NCBI GenBank assembly: GCA_965279515.1
Contig: CBDIID010000003.1
Coordinates: 1,952,001-2,016,000, forward strand
Reading direction: 5' to 3'
Source of the DNA: Turneriella sp.
GTDB lineage: Bacteria > Spirochaetota > Leptospiria > Turneriellales > Turneriellaceae
Length of the DNA stretch: 64,000 bases
Position 1 is the stretch's first letter, and the number at the start of each line of letters is the position of its first letter. The translations under genes and the position numbers were made by a program. Positions 20,989 through 29,248 of this stretch are shown one piece after another. The notes under the pieces are model-generated. The model made no database searches. It saw nothing but the letters and a program-made list of their open reading frames with translations, and had not been told where the DNA came from.

Positions 20989-21972
20989 CTATTCTACCCT
21001 GAAGAAGACCTGGCCCGAGGTAGGGTAAACAGTGGGAGATCCCGCACTGCTCGCAGTTAAGCCGCGCGCGGTGGATGACCCCGTATAAGAGAAGTCGACA
21101 CCCCAGTTGTTGAGTACGGCCTTACACTCGGGATCGCTGCGGTCAGAGTGACAGCCCGGCTGCGTGCCCCCGGTATTCGCGATCGAGAAATCCGTGTCTT
21201 TATAGAGCTCTTTCGCGTCGGCGACCACTGTCTGCCCGTAAGTGAAGTTCAATTCTATTGCCGGCCGGTTCGATGTGTCGCAGACAATGTCGGGCGGCGA
21301 CGCGAAGGTATCACAATCGATACTGCCCAAATGCGTGAAAAACGGATTGTACGTGTTTACGTTGAACTCCACGACCGCATGTTTGTAGCCGGTCGTCCAG
21401 CTCCAGAACATATACGTCACGTTGAGCGGCGCATTGGTGTTGCCGACGCCATTCTGATTGAGGTTCTGCGGTACGCCGAGCTTGAAGCGTAGCTTCGTAA
21501 ACGTGAGCGCCTCGCTCGCGGCGATGGTGCCACGCACCGTGGTATTCGTACCGGCATTACCCTGTGCAGCGCACTGCGTACTAGCGGCGGCATTCTCAAA
21601 ATCGAGCAGCGCGAGGTTCTGGTACTGGTAGGCGGCATCTTGAGTGAGGGTGACGGCGACTTCGCTGCCATTGGCCCTCACGAAACGCACGTCGTGCACA
21701 AAGAAGCGGAAATCTTTGGGCACGAGCGTCGCTCCGCCGCCAGCGCCGACACCGGAATAACTGGCCGTCGAACAATCGAAGACCTGCGTCCCGACCTTGG
21801 CAGCAAACTGTATCGTCACATTTTGCTGGGGTACGGAGCTGCCCGAACCCGAGCCCGCCGAAGACCCCGCTTCGGCTTTCTTTTTTTCTTCATCAATCGC
21901 CTGCAATATTTTATTGTCTGCGCATGCACTCAGCGAAAGAAAAAGTGCGGCGAAAAATAGATATATTTTCAT
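20989..21972 (-). CDS. MbnP-family copper-binding lipoprotein
   Basis: Lipobox LSAC, DFRFFVHDV, LLDFEN, FWSW, CDTSNRP, GCHS...PEC. Confidence 0.88.
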   Translation of the reverse strand: MKIYLFFAALFLSLSACADNKILQAIDEEKKKAEAGSSAGSGSGSSVPQQNVTIQFAAKVGTQVFDCSTASYSGVGAGGGATLVPKDFRFFVHDVRFVRANGSEVAVTLTQDAAYQYQNLALLDFENAAASTQCAAQGNAGTNTTVRGTIAASEALTFTKLRFKLGVPQNLNQNGVGNTNAPLNVTYMFWSWTTGYKHAVVEFNVNTYNPFFTHLGSIDCDTFASPPDIVCDTSNRPAIELNFTYGQTVVADAKELYKDTDFSIANTGGTQPGCHSDRSDPECKAVLNNWGVDFSYTGSSTARGLTASSAGSPTVYPTSGQVFFRVE

Positions 21973-21980
21973 ATCATCTC

Positions 21981-23030
21981 CTAATCCAATCGGAATTCTT
22001 TTCTTTTCAGAAAATTTTCGTCGGTAAGGGTCAGTAAAAACTCTTTGAGGTCGGCTTTATCCTGCGTCGAAAAATGAAATCCGCCTGCCGGTAGTTTGGC
22101 ATCGAGTGTCGCAGACCGCTGAATACCCGATGAATAATGTTCGATCACGGCCTCAAGCGTCGCAAAACGCCCGTCGTGCATGTAGGGCTTTGTCACGGCA
22201 ATGTTGCGCAATGTGGGAGTGCGGAATTTGCCGATGTCTTCGTTCTTGCGGGTGATACGAAACCGGCCCATGAGCTGACCTTCGTGGTCGGGGGGATATT
22301 TGGTATCGAGACCGTTGTTGTGATAACCATTATCGGTCAACAGCGGGCCGTTATGACACACGGCGCATTTGCCGGTATACAGATTGCGCCCCCGTGCTTG
22401 TGCGTCGTTGAGCATGCCCTCTTGTCTCAGCACACGATCATAGAGCGAATCGAAAGAAACGAGGGTTCGCACGAATTGCGCCAGCGCCTGCAGCATGTTT
22501 GTGATAGACACCTGCTGGTCGGGAAACGCCTTTTCAAATGCGCGGCGGTAAGCACCGTCAGCCCTGAGCTTATCGAGCGAAACGCCGATCGGTTGTCCCA
22601 TTTCATCTGCGTTATGCAATGGTCCAATCAGCTGCGACTCAATATTTTTAGCACCGCCATCCCAGAATAAGCCGTTGTTCGACCAGGCGAGGTTAATGAG
22701 AGCCGGAGAGTTGCGCGTCGCCGGTTTGCCCGACACGCCGCTCTTCGCCAATGCGACGCCATCGCTGAACGCCAGCGATTGATCGTGACAGGTCGCGCAG
22801 CTGACTTTGTCATTGGCAGAAAGCCTTGGCTCATAAAACAGCCTGCGCCCGAGCGCGATAATTTCCTTTCGGAATCTATTGGTATCAGGCTCGGGCAACG
22901 GCCCCAGAAAGCGCAGTGTTTTGGGATGTGCATATTCGTGCACGGCAAGCACCGGATTTTCAGACCGGCAAGCGATCACGAACAGCGCACCCCAAAGCGC
23001 GGCAAGCCGCGCTTTGTTGGTCACGCGCAT
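21981..23030 (-). CDS. Di-heme cytochrome c peroxidase/MbnH-like protein
   Basis: LGRRLFYEPRLS, CATCH, FWDG, CAVCH, FRTPTLRNIAVTKPYMHDG. Confidence 0.88.
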   Translation of the reverse strand: MRVTNKARLAALWGALFVIACRSENPVLAVHEYAHPKTLRFLGPLPEPDTNRFRKEIIALGRRLFYEPRLSANDKVSCATCHDQSLAFSDGVALAKSGVSGKPATRNSPALINLAWSNNGLFWDGGAKNIESQLIGPLHNADEMGQPIGVSLDKLRADGAYRRAFEKAFPDQQVSITNMLQALAQFVRTLVSFDSLYDRVLRQEGMLNDAQARGRNLYTGKCAVCHNGPLLTDNGYHNNGLDTKYPPDHEGQLMGRFRITRKNEDIGKFRTPTLRNIAVTKPYMHDGRFATLEAVIEHYSSGIQRSATLDAKLPAGGFHFSTQDKADLKEFLLTLTDENFLKRKEFRLD

Positions 23031-23032
23031 GA

Positions 23033-24634
23033 TTACGGTACGCTGGCCGAGGTTACCGAGAACACGTTGTTCTGGTAAGCGTTAGCCAAATTACCCATGA
23101 GCGCCGAATTGGTCGATGCATTGATGTACTTAGGCGACCCGGAAACTGTCGAGGTATTCACACCCGCACCACCATTAACCTGGAACAGTTTCGCCACGTT
23201 TGCCCGAACGTTAATCACCGCATTCTTGCCTTTGGTTAGCGTTATGCTCGCAGGAAAAGTTAAGGCTGTCAGGCTGCGATAATTTGCGTTTGCGCCGATA
23301 TCGAAGCCAAAATTGACAGAACCGCAACTCACGCACTGCCCGGTAATTTGTGAAAACAGGTAACTACTATTCCACATCCAGGTATACGTTGCCATATCAC
23401 GGTGAATATGCAGCTCTCCTGCTTGCAGGCTTAGGTTGTTGTTATAGGTCGAGTCTACACCAACCGAAAACTGGATGGCTGTGTAAGTCCCTGATGGCAC
23501 ATCGGCAATCGAAATTTGCTCACGGTTGGCCGCCGCAATCGTCATACCGCTATTGATGTTGCCTGGGCTAATCGCACTGTTTGTTGTCATCAGATAGTAA
23601 CTACCCGGCACGGAGTATTGCGTTGTGTCCGCTTTGGTAAGTTTAACGTTGCTTATCCAATAGCGAAAACGCGTAAAACGCAACGTGTTACTGTGATCAT
23701 CGGTATACGTCGTATTCAGCGCAAAGGTGGTGCCGTTAAAATCCTTGGCGACGTTAATTGTCGCAGTGCCGACATCGGCTTCAGAAACCGCCGTGGTAGT
23801 GGCGCTTACAAGGCTTACCGCAGAAGCAAAGTTTGCGGCTACGGTACTCATCTGGCCGGCATTATTGAAGCCGTTGATAGCACGCTTTGTAACACCCGTA
23901 TCGACGCTAACTGTGCCAATATCGATACCCGCGAACAATTTTTCTACGTCAATCTTTGCGACAATCGTTGGGGCAGAGGTCGCACTGACAGTGATATTCG
24001 TGGGAAAGCTCAGTGTTTTAGTCTGATAATTTGCATTCGTACCAAATTCGAGCGCAAAAGCCTGCTGCCCTGAGCAGCTTGTGCAGGTTCCCGAAGTTTT
24101 GCCAAAAATGTAGCTGGTAACCCACGACCACTCGATGTTGCCCATATGAGAAAAGAGGTGAAGTTCCCCTGTTCTCAAGCTCAGATCGTTATTATACGTT
24201 GAATCGACGCCTACGCTGAATTTAATCCCTTTATAGCTTCCGACAGGGACTTTTTTCAGGGTCACATTTTCCCTATTTCCCGCCGCCAGATTAAAGTTAG
24301 GCACGCGTTCGCCAGTCGTATCGCCCGTGACAGCATTATTCTGCGAAAGCAGGTAATACGCGTCCGGCACCGCAACTTCGGAATTGTCGTCCTTGATGAA
24401 TTTAACGTTCGATACCCAATAACGAACCTCGTTGATGGTGATTGTGTTTCCCGCTGCTGTCGTATACGATGTGCCGAGAGCAAAAGCCGCCCCATTGAAA
24501 TACTTCGGCATTTGCAGCGAAACCTCGCCCGTTTCGCTGGCAGATGCAGCGGTGGTACCAGATTCCTCTGAATTTTTTGCGCAGGCACCCAATAGCGCGC
24601 TGCAAAGTAAGATAAGATAAAATTTCGATTTCAT
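23033..24634 (-). CDS. Tandem two-domain MbnP-like lipoprotein
   Basis: GGAGG RBS before ATG 24634, lipobox LGAC; two internal repeats each with RYW.SNVK, F(S)VGVDSTYN, WxW (EWSW / TWMW) and CxxC. Confidence 0.8.
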   Translation of the reverse strand: MKSKFYLILLCSALLGACAKNSEESGTTAASASETGEVSLQMPKYFNGAAFALGTSYTTAAGNTITINEVRYWVSNVKFIKDDNSEVAVPDAYYLLSQNNAVTGDTTGERVPNFNLAAGNRENVTLKKVPVGSYKGIKFSVGVDSTYNNDLSLRTGELHLFSHMGNIEWSWVTSYIFGKTSGTCTSCSGQQAFALEFGTNANYQTKTLSFPTNITVSATSAPTIVAKIDVEKLFAGIDIGTVSVDTGVTKRAINGFNNAGQMSTVAANFASAVSLVSATTTAVSEADVGTATINVAKDFNGTTFALNTTYTDDHSNTLRFTRFRYWISNVKLTKADTTQYSVPGSYYLMTTNSAISPGNINSGMTIAAANREQISIADVPSGTYTAIQFSVGVDSTYNNNLSLQAGELHIHRDMATYTWMWNSSYLFSQITGQCVSCGSVNFGFDIGANANYRSLTALTFPASITLTKGKNAVINVRANVAKLFQVNGGAGVNTSTVSGSPKYINASTNSALMGNLANAYQNNVFSVTSASVP

Positions 24635-24638
24635 ATTT

Positions 24639-24750
24639 CCTCCAAATTCCAAAATCTGCCGTAAACTTACGGCGCGCACACGGCTCGCCTTAGCTGACCG
24701 CGCGCAAATAGCCTGAGATTTTGCTCAGGGTATGTTATGTGAATTTAGAG
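24639..24750 (-). promoter_or_regulatory. Anti-SD/SD attenuator structure between leader 2 and tandem MbnP gene
   Basis: mRNA CUCUAAAUUC (spans leader stop) pairs 10 bp (one G-U) with GAAUUUGGAG overlapping the GGAGG SD. Confidence 0.65.
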
Positions 24751-25137
24751 CGCCCGGGGGGGCGGAGTTTCAATGTCGGCGAGATAGGATTTATAGAGAG
24801 GAGAACTGATTTGAATTAGCGAAATACGATACTGCACCGCGGTTAATGCCACTTCATTGCCCGTGAACACCCAGCGCGCGAAAGCTGGCAGCACAGAATC
24901 TTCGGCCTCATCGGCGCAAATACGGTCAGATTTCAGAATTTTCGCTTTTGCCATTGCTTTTTTTAACTTACTGCAACCGCAGGGGCAAGCTTTGTGCTTT
25001 TCAATTTTTTGTTTGGTATGAACGCAGAGATAATATTTGGGTTGCTGCGCGTGGATTACCTCAAAGGCACCGCTGATTTGCGCGAAAAACAACACCAAAC
25101 CGAAGCCGTGAAGAACTTTGTAGCGCTTTAGCCCCAC
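24745..25137 (-). CDS. Putative metal-sensing leader/arrest peptide 2
   Basis: Close paralog of 18250..18639 (CVH...CPCGC...C...DIETPPPRAL); GTG 25137 aligns with the paralog's ATG. Confidence 0.72.
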   Translation of the reverse strand: MGLKRYKVLHGFGLVLFFAQISGAFEVIHAQQPKYYLCVHTKQKIEKHKACPCGCSKLKKAMAKAKILKSDRICADEAEDSVLPAFARWVFTGNEVALTAVQYRISLIQISSPLYKSYLADIETPPPRAL

Positions 25138-25258
25138 AGCTGAAACCCCGCCCAAACAAGTGCCCGGTCAACCATTTTTCAAGATGAGTCGCGAGTCAAA
25201 AAATCCGGACACATTGTTTGCACAATGTGTCCGGTAGTGTTAGCAGTTGAAACGAGAT

Positions 25259-26605
25259 TTATTTCACAGAGAGAATGTAAGCCGCAAGCGCCTCGAAATC
25301 CTTCGCCTGCAACTGGTCTTCGAAACCCGGCATCTGTGGATAGCCTGGCCTTTTTTTGCCCGGCTTGCGTATCCACTGCATGAGTTGGGCTTCTTTACCC
25401 TTGTAAATCGAGACCATTTCGACCACGGGTGGGCCCACGAGCTTGGTCTTGATCTGGTGGCAGCCGACGCAATAGTTGTCGAAAAGCTTTTGCCCCTCGC
25501 CCACGAGAGGATTCTCTTTCGCCGGCCCGGCCTCGGGTTTCTTCTGCGCCGCGACTGCCGCATTAGCCTCGGCCACAAGCTTCTCGTATTCAGCCGTGCG
25601 TTCGGCGACGAGTTTCTTGTGTGGCCCCAAAGCGGTCTCGCGAATCACATGACGCCCCGACACCATGAGGATAACCACGATAGTCAGCGCAATCACGATC
25701 TTCGAAAAACGGCTGCCGATGGCCTCGGCAGGGCCAGAAACCGACTTCCACATCCAGACGAGCGTGAGAATGCCGACGACGACGGCAGGCGCCAGAATGG
25801 CGAGCAACGCCCAACTGATTGCCTTAGAAGGCAAGGTCAAGAGCACCAGCGGTCCCGCGACAAACTGCAGCAGCGTCGCCATGAAGGCGAGCGAGAGCAT
25901 GCGCTTGCGAATCTCATAGCGCGACAGATTGACAAACTTCTCTGCGTGCGGATATCCCTCGCGGCCAAAATACCAGAACAGAAAAAGTCCGGTCACTGTC
26001 AGCGAGGCTAACACGAAGTGAAAATAACGCGGGAAAACATTCGGCAATGCAAGCGCCGAGAAGAATCCCGAGACACTGCCCCATTTTTCCGGGTAGAGCA
26101 TCAGGTTGATGTTCGTCAGAAAAATCAACGGTATCGTCAGAAAGATCGCCGATGCAGCGCCGATCATCGCGATATGCAGCCCCTTGTTATCCTTGAGGAT
26201 ATCCCACAGATACTTGTGCGGGTACGTGAGTAAAAAACCCACCGTCACGAGCGGCACAATCGCAATCCAAAAGAGTCCCGTCAGCGCATTCGCCGAATAA
26301 AAATACACCGTGTAGAGCGTATTGATGAGCAACAGCGGAGCTACCCCCATCACGACGGCGAGACTCTTGTTGACGGTGATCGTCTTGGCAATCTCATGCG
26401 CAAGCTGGTCATAGTCTTTCTCTTTAAGACCCTTGAGCTGTGCGAAAAATGTCAACAGTGTTCCGCCCAGCATCAGGTTCACGAAAAGAATATGCACCAG
26501 AAACGAGAAGACCAACAGACCGACTGCGAGCCACTCGGGTAGCGGCAAGGGTAGCGGAATGTCTTTTGGCACCGGCACCGCGGCGAGAAATAGCGCGAAA
26601 TTCAT
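25259..26605 (-). CDS. Polytopic membrane protein (CydA'-like) with C-terminal c-type cytochrome
   Basis: HILFVN, RYFHF in TM helices; C-terminal CVGCH...KLVGP...MP. Confidence 0.72.
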   Translation of the reverse strand: MNFALFLAAVPVPKDIPLPLPLPEWLAVGLLVFSFLVHILFVNLMLGGTLLTFFAQLKGLKEKDYDQLAHEIAKTITVNKSLAVVMGVAPLLLINTLYTVYFYSANALTGLFWIAIVPLVTVGFLLTYPHKYLWDILKDNKGLHIAMIGAASAIFLTIPLIFLTNINLMLYPEKWGSVSGFFSALALPNVFPRYFHFVLASLTVTGLFLFWYFGREGYPHAEKFVNLSRYEIRKRMLSLAFMATLLQFVAGPLVLLTLPSKAISWALLAILAPAVVVGILTLVWMWKSVSGPAEAIGSRFSKIVIALTIVVILMVSGRHVIRETALGPHKKLVAERTAEYEKLVAEANAAVAAQKKPEAGPAKENPLVGEGQKLFDNYCVGCHQIKTKLVGPPVVEMVSIYKGKEAQLMQWIRKPGKKRPGYPQMPGFEDQLQAKDFEALAAYILSVK

Positions 26606-28002
26606 TTGCGCACCTCTGCCTCTGGCAGCCGCACACCGACTTCCTGTGCACCCTCGGCATTATCGGGATATTTTGCTGCGGCGAGAATGTAACTCGCGAG
26701 CGCACCCAACTCGGCCTCATTGCCAGGAAAAGGCGGCATGAAGTAGCGCGACTTATGCATGTTGCGCATATAGCCGACCATGGCATCTGCATTGAAATTA
26801 TCTTTACCCAAAAGGTTCTCAAACTTTTTCACCACAGAGTTGATGCCGCCCGAAGTGTGGCAGCGGCTGCATGCAAGCATAAAGATGTCTTTGCCCGATT
26901 CTACAGCATTTGCAGATGTAACCTCGCGGTACTTCACATAGGTCGCATGCTTCAAGATGCCGTCACGGTTTAAGAGCGCCATCTCTTTCGGCCGCACCAT
27001 GTTCGAATACATGTAATCGGCGATCACATAGGGTTTGCGAATGAATTCACGCGTACGCTCGAAGGTGACCATCAGCGTAATCGCCAGCCCTATCGGTAAC
27101 ACAAGAGCCAAGGCCGGTATACGCCAGCGGCCAATGATGCCCAGCACAGCGACAAAACCGATGACGCCTGCGGCGACTGCCATGATAACGAGCAGATTGT
27201 CATACCATGACGAGAACTCCATCGTGCCGATCGCGACCGACATGTTCTGCCGCATCATATCGGGTATGACCCAATAATAATAGATCGAACCGATGATGAG
27301 AAATGGCGTCCACGCGAGTACCCACGAACCCGTAAGACGTACGGCAGATCGTCTGAGCGCGTCATTATTCCGCACAAAAAACGGAATCAGGGCAAAAACG
27401 ACAGATCCGCCCATGACCATCGCGAGCGGAGTACGAAACGCCAGCTGCGCAGGGTAAACGGGATTCAGAAACCCCTTAATCAGCGACTGGTCGGTACGCC
27501 AGCTGCCCGGGTCCATCATGAAACTCAATATCGCGACAATGATCGCCATGGTGACCCAAGAGGCGATCGAAAGCGCGATGCCGAAGCGAATGTGTTTCCA
27601 TTTTTTCTCTGGTGAAGCATTTGATCTGCGCCAGCTGAGAAAATAAATCAGAATGAGGATGACTTCGGTGACGAAGACAATCCACTCCACGAACCAGGCG
27701 GCGAAAAAGACCCGTATCAGGCTGCCAATCGATGCAGGGCTGACAAGGCTCGCCGAGAGCCAGATGCCGACGCCGGTCATGGCGCCGAGCGATGTGGTGA
27801 TGATGAATGCGAAGAACATGACCTTGCGGGCCAGTTCATCCCATTCTTTGCTGTTATTCTTGTACCCGACGTATTCGAGATACGTCACATACGGTATGAG
27901 GCCCACCGCCAAAGCGTGGTTAATCACCACGTGCAGAATCGCAATGATCGCGATTAAAATGCGGTTGCCCATAAAATCCAAATGAAATATGGGAAAGTCC
28001 AT
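26602..28002 (-). CDS. Cytochrome bd subunit I (CydA)-like membrane protein with C-terminal c-type cytochrome
   Basis: HVVINH, GAMTGVGIW, W..EWIVFVTE, E..REFIRKPY (cf. CydA GRQPW region); CSRCH...MPPF. Confidence 0.75.
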   Translation of the reverse strand: MDFPIFHLDFMGNRILIAIIAILHVVINHALAVGLIPYVTYLEYVGYKNNSKEWDELARKVMFFAFIITTSLGAMTGVGIWLSASLVSPASIGSLIRVFFAAWFVEWIVFVTEVILILIYFLSWRRSNASPEKKWKHIRFGIALSIASWVTMAIIVAILSFMMDPGSWRTDQSLIKGFLNPVYPAQLAFRTPLAMVMGGSVVFALIPFFVRNNDALRRSAVRLTGSWVLAWTPFLIIGSIYYYWVIPDMMRQNMSVAIGTMEFSSWYDNLLVIMAVAAGVIGFVAVLGIIGRWRIPALALVLPIGLAITLMVTFERTREFIRKPYVIADYMYSNMVRPKEMALLNRDGILKHATYVKYREVTSANAVESGKDIFMLACSRCHTSGGINSVVKKFENLLGKDNFNADAMVGYMRNMHKSRYFMPPFPGNEAELGALASYILAAAKYPDNAEGAQEVGVRLPEAEVRK

Positions 28003-28173
28003 AGTTTGAACTCCTTATAGTTAATAATGTATAGGTTAAGCCGCGCGCAATAATCGGTGTTTATATGCTGCGCCATCAGGTACAGCGACGTCACCGGCGC
28101 GAATCACGGCAGTGAGAGGGCATACCTGTGGCTGCGTGCGATTCAGGCTGATTCAATGCGCGGCAGGCGGCGC

Positions 28174-28575
28174 TTAGGCCGCAGCAGATCGGGGTGGAGG
28201 CGGAGTTACTTCAGCGATAATACTATGATAAAATGGATCAATACTGGGGACAACCACAGTGAAATAACGGGGAGTCGGCACCGAAAACGGTAAGTATATG
28301 CCGCCGAAGCGATCAAAATTCGGCATGTGAGCAATATCGTCATCGGGGCTGGCACAGACATCGTCGGCGTCGACGAGCACCGCGATTTTTTTGGGTGACT
28401 TATGCTTGTGCCCGCACGGACAGGGATTTCCCTTCTGTACGCGCACCTTCATGTGGGGACACATATAATATGTTTTCACCTGTAGATTCGAAACGAGGTC
28501 GGGCACAGCCGACAATTGCAATGTAAAAAGAAAAAGACCACAAAGATGAATCGGCGTGAGAAAGCGGATCAGCAA
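28174..28575 (-). CDS. Putative metal-sensing leader/arrest peptide 3 (start uncertain, ORF extends to 28641)
   Basis: Hydrophobic N-region, CPH...CPCGH...C, C-terminal EVTPPPPRSAAA. Confidence 0.65.
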   Translation of the reverse strand: MLIRFLTPIHLCGLFLFTLQLSAVPDLVSNLQVKTYYMCPHMKVRVQKGNPCPCGHKHKSPKKIAVLVDADDVCASPDDDIAHMPNFDRFGGIYLPFSVPTPRYFTVVVPSIDPFYHSIIAEVTPPPPRSAAA

Positions 28576-28661
28576 GTTATGACCAAAGACTTTTTTCGTA
28601 CAACCGGTAAAGAAATTTCGCGAAGACTTTACGACGTTCAAAGCAAGAAGACTCTGACAAC

Positions 28662-29237
28662 ATGAAAATTGCCCTGCTACTTGTTTTCTCTACTCTGCCG
28701 CTCACCGCTCAAACAAACGCGGGGTTAAAACTCGGCGGCACGCTCATGAACGGCAAAGAGGGTACACGCGCGATCGTCGAGTTGGGTGACGGCAGAACCA
28801 CGCAGGTCTGCGAAGCGGGCAAAGCTTGCTCGAAAAATGCCTGCGACTGCGAGGTCGCCGGTTATAAAGTCGTGCATATCGAAGCGCGCAAGGTAACGCT
28901 GCGGCGCGGCGGCGAACGTTTCACGCTGACCCTCGATGGCCTGCGCCCCGAAGGACAAACAGGTAAATATGCGGGCACAATTACCCGGGACTTTTCCCGC
29001 GCAAAACTTCAGGAAACCCTGAATACTCGCGGCGAGAAGGCCACGGACGTGTTACACAAACTGCTCGCTGGCGCCGATGTCAGGCCGACAGACACCATCA
29101 AAACCGTGCAAGGACATCCCCTTGAAAGAGTAAAGTGGGGTACGGTGCACGGGAGCATTCAGGCCGCCGAACAGGTGGCCATTGAAATCGAGCGCGAAGG
29201 CAAGCTGATACTCTTACAGCTGCGCATGACGCAATAA
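28662..29237 (+). CDS. Secreted GspC-HR-like / PDZ-like protein with four-Cys insert
   Basis: LKLGGTL...RAIVE...GYKVVHIEARKVTL..GGE..TL.L resembles GspC/PilP HR fold; CEAGKACSKNACDC insert. Confidence 0.5.
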   Translation: MKIALLLVFSTLPLTAQTNAGLKLGGTLMNGKEGTRAIVELGDGRTTQVCEAGKACSKNACDCEVAGYKVVHIEARKVTLRRGGERFTLTLDGLRPEGQTGKYAGTITRDFSRAKLQETLNTRGEKATDVLHKLLAGADVRPTDTIKTVQGHPLERVKWGTVHGSIQAAEQVAIEIEREGKLILLQLRMTQ

Positions 29238-29248
29238 AAGCCAAGAAC

